DNA of 64,000 nucleotides, taken from Tubulanus polymorphus (Eukaryota; Animalia; Nemertea). This document shows, piece after piece, positions 1 to 14,000 of this stretch (positions are counted from its first letter, which is position 1; the number at the start of each line of letters is the position of its first letter). The DNA lies in contig NC_134027.1 of NCBI RefSeq assembly GCF_964204645.1, positions 6,294,485 through 6,358,484 of the forward strand. The letters are read 5' to 3'. The translations under genes were made by a program, and so were the position numbers. Under the pieces are notes generated by a model. That model was given only the letters and a program-made list of their open reading frames with translations, searched no databases and had not been told where the DNA came from.

Positions 1-42
1 CTCTAGTTAGAATAGACTATCTTCGCTCTAGTTAGAATAGAC
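1..42. repeat. 25-bp tandem repeat cut by the window edge
   Basis: CTCTAGTTAGAATAGAC occurs at 1 and at 26. Confidence 0.75.
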
Positions 43-1597
43 CGACAATAAATATTCTACATCACTGCCGATGCTGCCATCTGATATCAACGAGTTAAAC
101 TAATATTCAAACTTCATTGACATCATGTCATGGCCCACGATATGCACTTCTGACAAATTGTAAGGTGGAGTATGCATAAAAGCTTGATTTAATGAGAAAG
201 ATATGCGTCTCTATTTGTAGTCGCTGATTTGCATTTTGCCACTATTTGATGTCTTAAGCTAGGTAACTCAATTCTTTAATTTCGTATTCAGGTGGGCGTT
301 CAACGAACCAGGACTTGCATGCCTTAATTAAACGATAAAAAAGCAGTATGTTCAATGTGTGTTCAACTGAGGTTTCCTTGACAACTAAAAATTGACAGGG
401 AATGAAAAAGACACTAATTCCATCAAAAAATGCCGAGGGAATCGAGATGCGATCCGATCTCTCCCGGCCACAGCTGTGCTACTACAATACTCCAAAATCT
501 AATTGAATGCTATATAGAGGTATGTCTCCAATAGTAAGTCCATCGCCTGGCAGTATGGAAGTGCTGTTTGACCAAATAAATAAACACATGAAGATGGATA
601 TATTGATGAAGATGGAAAATGAATTAGGCCAAAATACCCTTTAAAAAGGATATTCTTTCCTCAAATTCAGTCTATCATGAGGAAATTGATCGAATAATGA
701 TTAGTGTTGGATCCAAAAAAAAGATGATTTCTTATGTGAAAAAATGAGGGAAAAGTTTGAATTACTCAAGTGAAAATACAATATTCACATTAAACAAGTT
801 CACCTAGCAGTGAACTGTTGAGCATCTTCTAACGACCACCAATGAGTAAATTTCAGTTTGATTAAATTTTTATAAGCGTCTAAATTTAGACACGCGCTCG
901 AGATGTACGCGCCATATGTGACCATGCTCCGTAAACTTTCCGATAGGAGACTTCTCGGTAAGGGGTTTTCGTTGGTGGCAACAGTCAACTGTCGGTCGGA
1001 GCGGCCATAAATAACGCTATGTACACACCAATTGAGTGTATTGCATGACTGGTTCAGATACGGTTGTGATTAGTATTGCGCGATTCGTATCCATTCCGTG
1101 GCACCAAAATAGGACATAAATATCATCGACGTTGATTAACAACATTGATACTTTTTCAAGGTCGTAAAAGTAGAAACGGCCAAAAGATGATCCACGATTT
1201 ATCGATTAACAGATTTATTTGGTTACTTTAGTTGTCCAGGTGAAAGTAAATGGACGAGGAAATGTAGGAATTGTTGAAACTTCCCATAAAAAAAATTACA
1301 CGGACGCACTGCAAATTTGATTTCCATGTTCAACTAGATCGATGCCTACGCTGCAAAAACCCAGCATAAGCTATAAAAATATCATCAAAGGAATAGACAT
1401 CACTCTTGCGTATTCTTTGGTCAAGGATATTTTAACATTGTTACGTGCATAGTAACTTTTAGATCGGTAATTCTACGAAACGCCAACATGGAAATTCCAT
1501 CTACTATAAACGTGAATCATAAGGCACTCTATTTGGATATCCCGAAGACCCCTGGGTCACCTTGTGCAAACCTATAAACTATAGGCATACAAGTGTT

Positions 1598-1834
1598 GAC
1601 CCGGACCTTATGTCACACACTGTTCGCACTGGGTTCGTGCCTGTTCGACATGGGCCAAATTTTAGCATGGATCAAATTATTCCTCGCGAATGCTAATTGG
1701 TTCTGGAAAATGACTGCATTGTTTTGATTGAATAAGTTACCTGTAAATGTGCTCTCTTGATAGGCACAGGGCAAATTTGACTGTGTCCGGGGCCTGTATG
1801 ACTCAGGTCAAATTGTCCCTATGTGATCATGGCT
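1598..1834 (+). mobile_element. MITE, same family, strongly diverged copy
   Basis: ACTGTTCGCAC, GCCTGTTCGACATGGGCCAAATTTTAGCA, GGGCAAATTTGAC and the terminal ATGTGATCATGGCT are collinear with the other copies. The left boundary is approximate. Confidence 0.62.
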
Positions 1835-3581
1835 GTGATTAAGCAAGGCACATTGGCTAAGTCATAACGGCACATGGGTTCGAAAACTTGGAGACTTGAA
1901 AACTGTAACCGTTGATGGATGATATTCCTGCATGGTCAATCACCATACAGCAACAAGTAGATACTAGTACATTAATGTGACACTTATATGATTACCGATA
2001 TAGAGCCAGAGGGCATGTAACAAGTGATCATTGTTACATGGACCAAGTTTCTATGGAATATATTTGTTCCCGAAATCAATAGCACGATTCCTTTACGTTC
2101 GCTCCATCGGTGAAAGATGCATATCGATTTCCAAGTCTAGCTCAAGGGGGCAGCCACAGCTACCAAAACACAATATATAAGGGCTTCTAACTATGAACGC
2201 TATATCATAATCTGCGCATTTCAATGGATAAAGATATATCAGCTTCTGAAAAATGATTCGAAAATCATTTTCCAAAATTGTAACAAAAACCATACTTTCA
2301 AATGAAACCATTAAGTTGACATGACTGAGTCGTCAATGAAAATGAATCTCATCAAAAGATTTCGAAGGCTGCAAAACAACCATCAGGAAAACAGCTTTTC
2401 AGTATTTCATTGTGATATTTTCCAATAACGCGGACTGCTGCTTCAGTTCAATACACCGCCATTAAGCCGTGAACAATAGCGGCTAAAGAGCCACCTAAAA
2501 ACCCATTAAAAATAGGTAAAAGATAATCGCAGATGCTCGTACTACCAGTGGAATACGGAACAAAGCGTATCTCACACTTTTTTTCAATACAAGATTCATA
2601 AACCTAATGATGACATAGTATACACTTTCCATTACAAGATCTCGGTACGTATATACACGAAGAGAACGGTTTGCATCGATCTCATTGATGTTCGCCGATT
2701 TATTCTCTTTGGTGTCTACTCTTGTCTCATCTAAGAAACATGACTTACGAAGTTTATTATTATTTTACGCGTAGCCGACGGAACAAATGAAAATATTTTC
2801 ATAGTTTCGCGCGCGATCCCTGAAATGAATAGATCAACGTCGTTTATCTACAACAACAGACGAATAACGCATTAAGTTCGGCATCGGAAATAAGCGTCTT
2901 ACTCGTTGTACCCCGAACTGCGGGGTGAAAATTCAAAATAAAACGCTCGCAAAAATTGATGACATTCCCGGCAGACGAATATCAAAGAGTGTTGCAGAAG
3001 ATTTTTTCAATAGTACTCCCGGTTGATGGATGATGAAATGCTACGTGATACACAAATTGATCACGAATCGTTCTTTTTTCACTGTGTATTTTAACGGATT
3101 AAAATTCGTATTCCGTCGATATTCGCAACGACGACAACAGTTTTAGCGAATGTTAATAGCTCGGCGATCACCTTAGATAATTTTTCGAAAATGCTAATAC
3201 CTCGTGATCACCTTAGATGATTAAAACATTTACACATATGTGCTAACAACATGACAGTCGTACACTGAAGGTCATCGGGTTTACCATCAGAACAGTTTTT
3301 CACCGATATTTTAGTCATTACGTATTCTGCTATCTTCCATTTTTTATTACTACGGATATACAAAAATGCGCAGGTGGTTCTGTAATGACATAATTTTCAT
3401 CTTGTTTCGGAATCTTGTTGCGTTGACTGAAGTCGAGACACATGATTCAGATGCTATGACAGTTTTGGTGAACAATTTAGGGCCTGTAGCAAATGTGTCC
3501 ATTTCAACACGTGACCTTTGATACCAGAAACGATTGCCATATAAGGCATTAAGAATAATGCGTCGAAACCCCTTTAAATTC

Positions 3582-3617
3582 ATATATACGTACATATATA
3601 TATATATATATATATAT
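3582..3617. repeat. Interrupted (TA)n microsatellite
   Basis: Read directly from the sequence. Confidence 0.9.
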
Positions 3618-6600
3618 TTGAAAATTAATTCGACTATGAAACCCATGGGATCGGAGGATGTACTTGTCCAGACTTTTTCATAAGCGGCTTATGTTGTTTC
3701 ATGCATGCGACGGGTAGACACATGTATTTCAATGTTAGATAAGGTATTGCGCAGTTAACTCATAAATAGGCTATAAAAAAAAACTTGGCAGAAATTTGCA
3801 TGAGAATTTTCCAGATATAAAAACTGATTTCTGTCGGATGATGGATGAACTGGAGGTTTGATCAGGTATCACGTGATCAGTTCCTATCCTTTCTCCTTTA
3901 CAGCATAGACTTCAAATATTAGTTCTCAACCATTATTTCAGTTTCGATGTCCATCGCGGTAAATTTCTCTGTTTGCAATTACTCATCAATTGACCGACAG
4001 CATATACTTTCCGTTAATACACTTTTATCAATAACATTACTTCGCATAAAATGTCGCTGGTGATAAAACTCAATTCAAACAATAAAATGGAGAATCATAC
4101 AAATGGCCTCATACCGAAAGCCTCATCAACTATAGAATCCATGTATTTCGATGATTATCATCATTGGAAATAATTTGTCATGATTGATAAATAAAATATG
4201 ACATTTATTTGTTTGCATTTGTGCAATGGATGGTTTATATATGTATACAGTTATACAGGCAGTGACATTTTTAAAGCGGTTTACTATATCTACACTGAGT
4301 AGTAAAATAACTAGTGAGTTAAGAGTTCGGATGGTGCCGTGAGTTGCAAAATACGGCCAAGTTTTTGTTGGATGATGCCAGTTTTTGATTATGAGGGGGA
4401 GGATTAATGCATAATCGATAGCGCAACCATCAGACATGTCACGGGCAGCGGACTGAATTTCGTGATTTGTGTGTCTGCCGATGTCTGGTTGAGTACGAGA
4501 CCTCTTCATCCAACGCGTAACATTGAAAGCAGGTAGAACGCTTTAATTAATGACACTCCAGAATGATAAATGCCCGAGCTTAAAATCTAACGGGAAGCAA
4601 CGTTCGCGGAAGCGCGCGAAGAACACCGTGTAAGATTATCAAAATTCATCAGTTCTACGAACATAGCGTCTTAAATGATAATTCATTATGGACATTGCGT
4701 TAATTCGCGAAGACATACTTTCTGATCGAATAAGTAATGAGAATTTAGCATTAAGCGGAGACGACCGACCGGCAAACTGGGTGATCCTATTCTGGCAGAT
4801 ATCCAGCGGATTCACAGCCGAAATCAATAAATGATAAAAATATGTCTGACACGACCTGACACGACCATTAATCATTTTTCAACCAAACCAACTACGTACA
4901 AAAGCATGAATTTCTAAATTACTTTTTTATTAATCGTCATTTGGCAACCGATCACATCTTAATAATTGAACATATTAAGATTAATTAACCGTTGATATCT
5001 TACTTAACTCTCGCTTTTGTGTTGTCCAATGGCCCATCATAAACCATTTCATTTCGATATTCCATTTGCCTTTTTATTCGATATATATACATATATACTA
5101 ACAAACCAATGCTGCAACCGGGGCCATTAATCATCTCTCTTAACCGGACTGGCTTAAGTCGCCACAGTGTAGCTAAGTACATTATGAAAAATAATGACCT
5201 GATCCAGGGTACGAGTATATGAATGGCCATCATGGACTTAAGTCTCATATGAGCAGAGGCATTACGGAAATTTGTCATTATATTACCGACCTCAGACCCA
5301 CAAAAAAATTGCAGCCAACCTGCGCTAGAAAGTTTTTGAAGGTTTTTCTCACGTTCTTCGAGTAGGTGACTAAACTATGACATTAAACTCATGTAGTTCA
5401 ACTCATAAAAGACCAACGGTTTGAAATATCACACTTCTCAGGGATTGTCCATCAGCACGTTTTCTAATTACCTAGCCACCATCATAAATTCGTATTATTA
5501 TTCTAGTTATAGTGATAATTATTAACAAATGAAAACGTATTGCAGACAGCACAATACATAGCGTGCAAACACGCATTAAATGCGCCGCCAAATCAATTCA
5601 AATAATGGCCAGAAAATGATTGTGTGTTGCATTATTCTTGGCCGAATTCAATTAAAAATGACGGAACATGTCGTGAGGATGCGGCACACTTTGGCAAAAC
5701 TCACATCGCATTTTATTCCACTGAAATCATTTTTTACATTACACGCTATGCGTTTTTTTCCCCAGAAAAAACTCTTTACAAACACGACGAGCTTAAATCG
5801 CAACAGCTTCAATTGAGCGGTAGAGCTAGATTTCCGTTGTTTATTGTCGCCTATTCTAACATTGCATAATGCGTCTTTTGATGCCTCGCACTTGACTTCT
5901 CTCGCCCTGGTAAAAATATGACATAAAATACATTGCCGCAATAGATATTTAATTAATTTGGTGCCGTGACGATGGTGCAACATGAAAGAGCATCCTTTGA
6001 TGGTCGTTTCAAAGACTTAGATCGTACAATTTTGCGTTTGGCATCGTCAGACCGATAGATACGACTGCGTTTGAAGTCCCAACTCGCTGAGCAGTTTCAT
6101 GTGCGTACTGTCATTTTTGACAGATTTGTAAAAACCGGTTTCGTTTTTGAAGTGACAAGGATCTGGTCTGAATGGTTAAAGTGGGTAAAAGCGACAGGGG
6201 TCGTGCCTTTCATGTCGTGGCTGAATGGCGACTGGTAGATCGCGAGAAAGATCAGCTTCCTTCGCGCCAAAAAGATTCTTTTATATGCATTAGAAACGAC
6301 ATAAAAGTATGACCAATTATACTTATCATCAAAGAGTGAAACCTTGGCATTTGATAGGCTAAACCCATTTCCCTTAATCTGCTAATGATTCTACCAGTGT
6401 CTGTAAAGAGATCTTTGAAACTTTGATGGAGAATTCGATGGGTGTTTGAAATGGGCAACACCACAAAACATAAAGTGAGATTTGTCGCGATAATTGGCAA
6501 GATTTTCCCCGAATATTATCATTGATGGGATGAAAGCGAATGTTTTTTGTTCAAATTATCAGTAGTTAGCTTTTTATCAAATGTTCAGAGCTTTTCAACA

Positions 6601-7806
6601 TTTCAAAATTTGTCTCTGCGCCAAGTTTGAAGTACCGGTGCGCCAGTTATACCAGCTCTCATATCAATCGAAGTGCCTTGACTTTTCATCACATACTCCT
6701 TAGTCCGAGTAAGTTTTTGTAGAAACATCAGAAACTGTAAACTCTGTTGGGTATAAGATAAACACCTAATAATCAAACATCGAAGCATTCTAGGTTTTAT
6801 TAATCGGCAACAAAGCAAAAAACCTTCGAGAATTTCCAAGATAACAGGACATGAAAGAGTTGTTTCGCAGCACGACATTAATGCATGGGTGAATGGAAAT
6901 TTAAAATTCATTGTAGAGATATTTGAGAAAGTAAGCAACCAAGTTTTAACACAACCACACTTCGGCATAGACCATGAATCAGTACAACAACATCTGCTAC
7001 TATAGAAACCGTCTGTGACGTCTTAAATGTGTTGGGGCGTAGCTCAACTTTCAACTATCAGATAAATTTTCCAACAAGTGTTCAGTCGATTTTCATTCCA
7101 ATTGTCGGCACATCATACAACTGCTGAGCAATTGCGCATTTTCCATTGTTCAATTTAAAAAGGAAAGTGCGATGAAATAATGCTGGCCTCGGACTGACTG
7201 CATAATATGTCAACTTTCAGACATACAACTTTAACCAAGACAATCTCAATGGGAATGAAAAAATAATCTATTATTGACGCGAGTTCTTGTTGGGATTAGT
7301 ACGACCGATGAAATATTCATCTCGATAGACTGTCTGTTTCTGTATTTTATTTCTCGATAAATCATTTGTGATTAATTTAAATGATTAAAATTATGTATTT
7401 TTGCGCACAAAATAAAAACCACTAGTGGAATTTGGTTCTCTGAATGATTTACGACGTGCCAACGTAATTAACAATAAAAGCAGATGCGCTTATCCCTGCA
7501 AGTGGCAATACAGTGTCAGAAATACAAGATGAATCTGTCCCATTTGATAATATATACATCCCTAATCAAGCTCTTGCCCTTGGGAAACGAGTGGATAACA
7601 ATGGGCAATGGAACCAGGATGCTGCAGCTATACCATCTTTATATATGCATCTTCCATTTATTTTCCATCTGGTCCGATGAATGACGTACAAGACTGGCTG
7701 ATCGAGCACGGACAAAACAGTCTGCTCATTAATTTCCGGTAAGATTAACAATGACTTAAGTATATTAAATCGTCATTACAGGCCACACAACACCCACCCT
7801 ATATAT

Positions 7807-7917
<111 letters not shown>

Positions 7918-8462
7918 ACATCGGGATATCTCAGTGATTTATGAGGCAGGCTCCCGACTAAAAACGAGGAGTATTTCTGCGAAGAGGAATTTTCGTCGAT
8001 ATGAAAATCGATTCGCATAATTTTCCGTCGATTACGCTCATGGGAATTTAACGGTAAATACGCAACAGCACAAAAGTAAGCTTCACAATGGACGAACACG
8101 GGACATTTTGTTTGTATGTGTATGTGTGAGTGTGTGTGAGTGTGTGCTGTCACCATACACAAGTAATCACCCTCAAGTCATCAGTATTAGGTTTTCTACA
8201 TTCTAATTTTTTGGTCGAGTTCTGATCATAATCTGACCAAACAGTACCAAAGCATAGATGCATACGCACAAAAGAAATGAACAGTTCGAATTATGAAATA
8301 TTCCACAACTTAATGACGACAACAGAAGTCGAGCTATATCTCAATTAGTCTTGTAACCTTGCGTTTATCAACCCATGCGCAAAATACCGATACAGTTGTC
8401 GTCACTGAGCGATGAAATTGATTTATAACGAAACTTTTTTCTTTCAGACGCTGCATTTTTGT

Positions 8463-8486
8463 TTCTCTTCTCTCTCTCTCTCTCTC
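8463..8486. repeat. (TC)n microsatellite
   Basis: Read directly from the sequence. Confidence 0.85.
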
Positions 8487-10867
8487 GTGTGTCTCTTATC
8501 CGTGTAGAAATAATCAAAAACGTTTGCGGAGCCTAGCGAGAGGTTTCGTCGAGACAGCGAGACAGTCGCATGACATTTCATTCAACGTAACAAGATAAAT
8601 GAGAAGACAAACGCAAACTGCCAGAACACTTTGTCATTGACTTTACGCTTTTTCACTCTGTGCACCGCACACTGCATTTTCTCTTTATAACTCTCATCAA
8701 CTAAAGTGTCAATTATGGATAAGACACGAAGGGTTAGCTAGTTTGCACCCTTTGCTAATAAAAAGACGCACAATCACCGGTGATGGCGCTATGCTTCAAG
8801 TTTGGGTGCGAGGAGACGATACAGATATAACTGTAAATGTGATAATAAAGGAGATTAGCTTCTTAAATAAAGTCATTTAAGTTCAAGAAACCGGTGCAGA
8901 CATTGATATAGTGTTAATTGTCTGTTTGTGTCCTGGTGCGGTAATCGCGGACTCCTCGCTCGTATAAAGACCAGTTTCCGAGCCACTTACGACGGAATGA
9001 TGGCCACCTTCCATTGAGCATTCCATAAAATGGTCATTGGTCAGATTTTCAAATGGCTACACTATAATGAGACCGGTAAAGACCGTTCGATTCATGTCAT
9101 CATGGTGCCGTCAATTCGCTACATGTTATACTTATATCCCTGATTACTATCGACAGATTCCCACTAAGATCGCTTTGCAACTGACAGACTTGTCATGGCC
9201 ACACCACCGGCCAAGATCATTGTAGAGATAGTCAACCGAAGCCAGCCCTTACTTACATGAATTACTTACTCGATGAATCTTTTGCAAATATTTTAAATAT
9301 ATCATTTGAATTGGAGCCACTGATTCAAGTAGACTCTTTAAATGAAAGTAGCTCACTTTATCGAAGTAATGGTTGCTTGCGACATTCATAAACCTGGCAG
9401 ACCCGATGATCTACCATTATCAGACAGTTTATTAGATTAACCTGGTTAACCCCGATATACAACGGAATTATACCAACACATAATGATCCCTTAATTACGA
9501 AGATTCCATTAATGTGCAAATGAGACAATTCAATGAAAAACTGCTATGGTTTACACTCGGGCGCTGCTTGAAATGAAATACGTCGCAAATTTATTGGTTT
9601 TTAACTGAAGTTTTGTGTAACGATGGAATGATACGTTTCATCGTAGAATGGGAAATACTAATGTATTGCACGCCGGTGTAAGAGGAAATTATATCAAGAA
9701 TCAATTTTACGGATAATGATCAAGTTTGCTTACTATAAATCACGTTCTCTAACTCCGACTGCTTTTTCGAAATATCTGAAAATTCATACACGTAAGGCTC
9801 TTTCTCTCTGAGGTTAGAGAAATGATGTGGCTCATGAAGCATTAGATGTTCTATACGAACAATTTCTAATGCAGAAGTAGTGTTAATCCTTTTAAAATAC
9901 CGGTCCTATATCTAATTCATACTTCAAATGTTTCGCTAAACTATACCGACACCTAAACAGTGATCAGGGCAGCGCTGACAATTGCGTCAAATATGTATTT
10001 GACTAACGTATCAGAAATCAGCCATCTGATTGCAATCGAGGATAACAAATCCCTTTCACGGAGGCTAGAATACGTGAAGAATTACAACAGAGATAATCTG
10101 CGCATTTTCGGCGAGATAATTAATTTTTCTAAGCTACAGTGGCAAATTGCCCGATAAATCAGGACGTGTTACATATTTCTGCGAATGCGCTCGTTGAAAT
10201 ATTCATAAGCGTATGAAATTTCGACATCAAAAATTGCTGCGCTGTAATATTGATGCGTCTCGTAACCCCGTATATCATTGCAACACTACAAAAGAGCCCT
10301 CTTGTGACTAATAAACAGCGGTTAAGGATTTTACCGAACACGTTCCGAAACCCTAAACGTTTGCGATAACTGGGTGAAGGGGGCACTCTATGATACTACT
10401 GCGCAAACAAGAACGCATTTTTGAAGACGAGTTCGCAACATTCAATACAAATATCTGCCCTCGACTGCCATTCAGTCATGAATTCAATACGTAATCAGAT
10501 TGACGTTTCGCCTAAAAATGTAGTAACGGAGATACATTCTCAATACGATCTAGTTTTACAATAAGTGCGTACAAGTGTCGCGTTCAGTGGTCAACCCGAT
10601 ATACCTTTGAGATGAAAACATCGTCTCCTGTAACGACAACGAAAATGACTCAAACTCTGCCGTAAATGAATTCCGAATTGCACACATAAGATGATTCAGG
10701 ATCCATTTCTACATTTCATTTTTAATTCCTATTCTATTGACTGTATTTTAAATGTAAAACAGGCACATCGAGCACGCAGTCACAGTGCTGGGCCCAGTTT
10801 GCACTTCAGATCATACGTTGTTGGATTACCTATTGAACCAATGGGCAGAAACTACCATATAAATCTT

Positions 10868-11089
10868 AAGCCTAATTTGGCTTGCCCAAAAACGTCAGAC
10901 GAGGCCCAAGCCAAATTTTAGCACAGGTCAAGAGGTTACAGAAGTGACTAACTTAGCTTTGTTTAAGCAAGTATCAAGTGAGTGGTTTGCGTGTAAAACG
11001 CGCTCGCTAATTAGGTACAGGCCAAATTTGACTCGGCCTGATCCAGGCCACTTTGGACCAGGTCAAATCGTCTCCATGTGATCGCGGCT
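10868..11089 (+). mobile_element. MITE, same family, left end disrupted
   Basis: CCAAAAACGTCAGACGAGGCCCAAGCCAAATTTTAGCAC and AACGCGCTCGCTAATTAGG align with the 57552 copy. It ends in ATGTGATCGCGGCT. The left boundary is approximate. Confidence 0.75.
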
Positions 11090-14000
11090 ACAAGTTGTTG
11101 GAATAGAACCAATGGGCAATGGCCTTGACTATCGGGTCCTAGGTTAAAAATGAAGAAAAAAGCATCATCTTTGCCAAAATTCGGCTCAATTAGAAATTAG
11201 CAACGTGTTTATCTTCGTCAAATACTTTCAGGAAAATTTTAGAGGTAAAAAATTCAATTGTGAATAAATGATGCTAACGAGAGAGACTTACGCACATGTA
11301 CCATCGTGGAATTTGCCGCGAAAATAAACATTTATGCAAATACCGAAAGATAAACGTTGGTTGAATTTTATTTAGCTTTAGATAGTCCTGTGTGATTGGT
11401 ATGGAAATTAACGAGAACATTTTCTCTGAGACGAACATGCCTGGAATGTAATCAGTGCAGTCGTCCCGCCAACTGATCACGAGGGTAATTCTTGAGTAGG
11501 TGCGCCTGGATAAGGCGGTTCAATTAACCGAATAAAGAGTAACGACTATCTCCTCCCACCACAAATGATAAACACATTTTTAGTCTTCATATTAACAAAC
11601 ATAGAATAAGTAATGGTAGACAGTAATCTAAAGTACTATCGTAAGTTCATTCATAGCGTAAAACGCATTCATGGGCTGATTTTTGTTGGCATAACCTATT
11701 TAGGGTTGAGTGGGGACAACTAGCCCTCGACACGCTGGTGAAGATTTCTCCCATCTCAAAAATAAAACAATATCATCAGTAATGTCAGAAACCTGCAGGT
11801 GGCTCTTCTGTATGTGTAATAAAGTGTTGGTCAATCCTCAATTTCTCGCTGGTGTATGTCAACAACATATATTCTTACATTCGGTTGCTGCCCAATTGTC
11901 ATACTGGCTGATAATTCATTGCTGATGATAGAAATAGCATGTGTACATTGGGCTGAACGCAATTTCCACTGGGCGTACCACCTTAAAATGAGTCATAAGT
12001 GTATTATGGAGGTTTCAATGAAAAGAAGAGTTATTTTCAAACCTGACCAAAGAAACCATATAAGGGGTTAGCCGTGGCAAGTTATCGCTAAGTTCCCAGC
12101 CAGTTATTTCAAAGTGTGGCTCTCAAAAGAAATTAAAGAAGTCCCACAATTTGAATTCAGAATTTAAAGTTTCCAACAATTTTTTATCAAGACTGCAATA
12201 AACAGCTATTCAGATACAGCCTAGCTTATATCATCGAGTGCGATATAAAATATGAAAATGTTACATTTGCTGCCTTAGACAATCATCAATTAACAAAGCA
12301 GGAATCTTAAGTGAGACTTCAATAAGACAATTCCAATTAGACGAGTGAAGCAAGAAAAAGACTAGCAAATCAAGTATTCGTGAATCATATATATGGCAGC
12401 GAATTTGATGCTGTTCTCTTGTCAGAATCTCTGGTGTAAGGTTACTGAAGTAGGTTTCTGCCACACGACAAAATCTACATCCATGATAGACGTGGTGTTA
12501 TTATGGTCATTTATCCCAGGACTAGCTAGACAATATTAGACAATAGAGACAGTGCAATATTCTATTCATCGGAATCGTAAAGTGCTAGATGGCAGTTCTA
12601 TTTATAATAAATTGTACTGATGACTGGTGAATGGACTTATCAGAGATGATAATGGCTGCATCGCCGTTACAGATCCACATCAATATTGCAAATATCGATA
12701 TCATGAAATAATTCAATGGGGCTACCAAACTCATCGTCCTACCTGCGGGGATTTTAAAGGGCCATTGATACAAGAAGGGTGAAATGTTTGAAACTTTAAT
12801 CGCGATCCTTACAGAGATCTAGGGAAACAGGGCAACATGACTGATACAGAATTAAAATGAATATTACTAGAGGGACAGAAAATACTCCGACTTACAATCG
12901 TGGTGCACAACAAACAACTTGAACTTGAGAACCTTTTCTTTTTACGAAGAGCTGTAGTGATATTGAACATGATTCAGATGAAATTACACGCAGTGGGGCC
13001 ATGTAGAAAGACTCGCATTGATTGTCAGCAGGTAAATATGTCTTATCTCCTACAATATCGATCCGGGCTACGATGACATGGAAGCACGCTAAATGACCTC
13101 GACGACAAAAATGTGCATTGACGAAAGGAAAACTGGCTGAATAATTGACAACATCGAAACAAAACATATGAACCTGAACGGCTAAAGATCAAGTGCGGAT
13201 GCTACGATTCATCTGAAAGGGTCCATTGATCGTAGCGTGTAACATGAGCGACGAATACACATTTGCCAGAACTTGTTAATTCAGAGGATTGATTTTGGAA
13301 AGTATATCTCCGATGGAATCAAATTCGTTGAAAAGAGACATAAACATACAGCGAGGGTGGGTAATTAGCCATTACTGAGATGACTGATAAACCGTCAGAT
13401 TCGTATGCTATGATACAGCACCCGGTGAAAATACTCTAAGTGCATTACACATTGCACATACAGTTGTGTCTGATACATATATGGATAAGCCTATGGCAAA
13501 TGTTGAAGATAGTAAAAGATGCATGCCCTGTCTATTTGAGGCACACTTGATCTTTCTGTAAATTAATTTGTACTATCCCTCTAGCCACACGTAGTTTCTT
13601 ACGCTTTATGATTTCTTGCAGAACATGAAATCATTTCTTCTCGTGACTTAGTTTGCTGGCAGAAAATGTCAATCCACCATCAGCATGGTTAATATAAAAA
13701 AAGTGCCAAAAGTATAATGGTTGTAGCAAGATAATGAAAAACCCAACACACTGGTTTATTCTGCATAAACACTTCCAAGGAGTTACTGCACTGATAAAGC
13801 AAACAATAGATACCAATGGACATATGTAACTTGATAGGTACAGTAGTCACAGCCAGTCTTTCGCGAGCTGGTCTCATTTTTACAAGGTCATGGGTCTGAA
13901 ACGGTTTCTTGGTCGATGGTTCTTCCTGGCTGCTTCCCTATCAATAGGGAAAAAGAAACCTGCGACCAGCTTATAATGCTTAGAGTGGTGCTCAGCGAGT

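Noticed and set aside
430-490. tRNA-like B-box fragment (TCGATTCCC on minus)
   Set aside because: No cloverleaf can be built; at most a decayed SINE remnant.
4126-4509. 127-aa minus-strand ORF considered as the ATXN1 last exon
   Set aside because: Lacks HPFFV, GWSS, DVCISL and RKRRWS motifs; composition resembles non-coding DNA.
6252-6968. 82-aa and 121-aa minus-strand ORFs considered as decayed transposase or a missing ATXN1 exon
   Set aside because: No recognisable motif in the frames I read; no AXH similarity.
12890-12960. Possible 56-nt cassette exon with ATT|GTAAGT donor
   Set aside because: Poor polypyrimidine tract, frame-shifting, and no homology.
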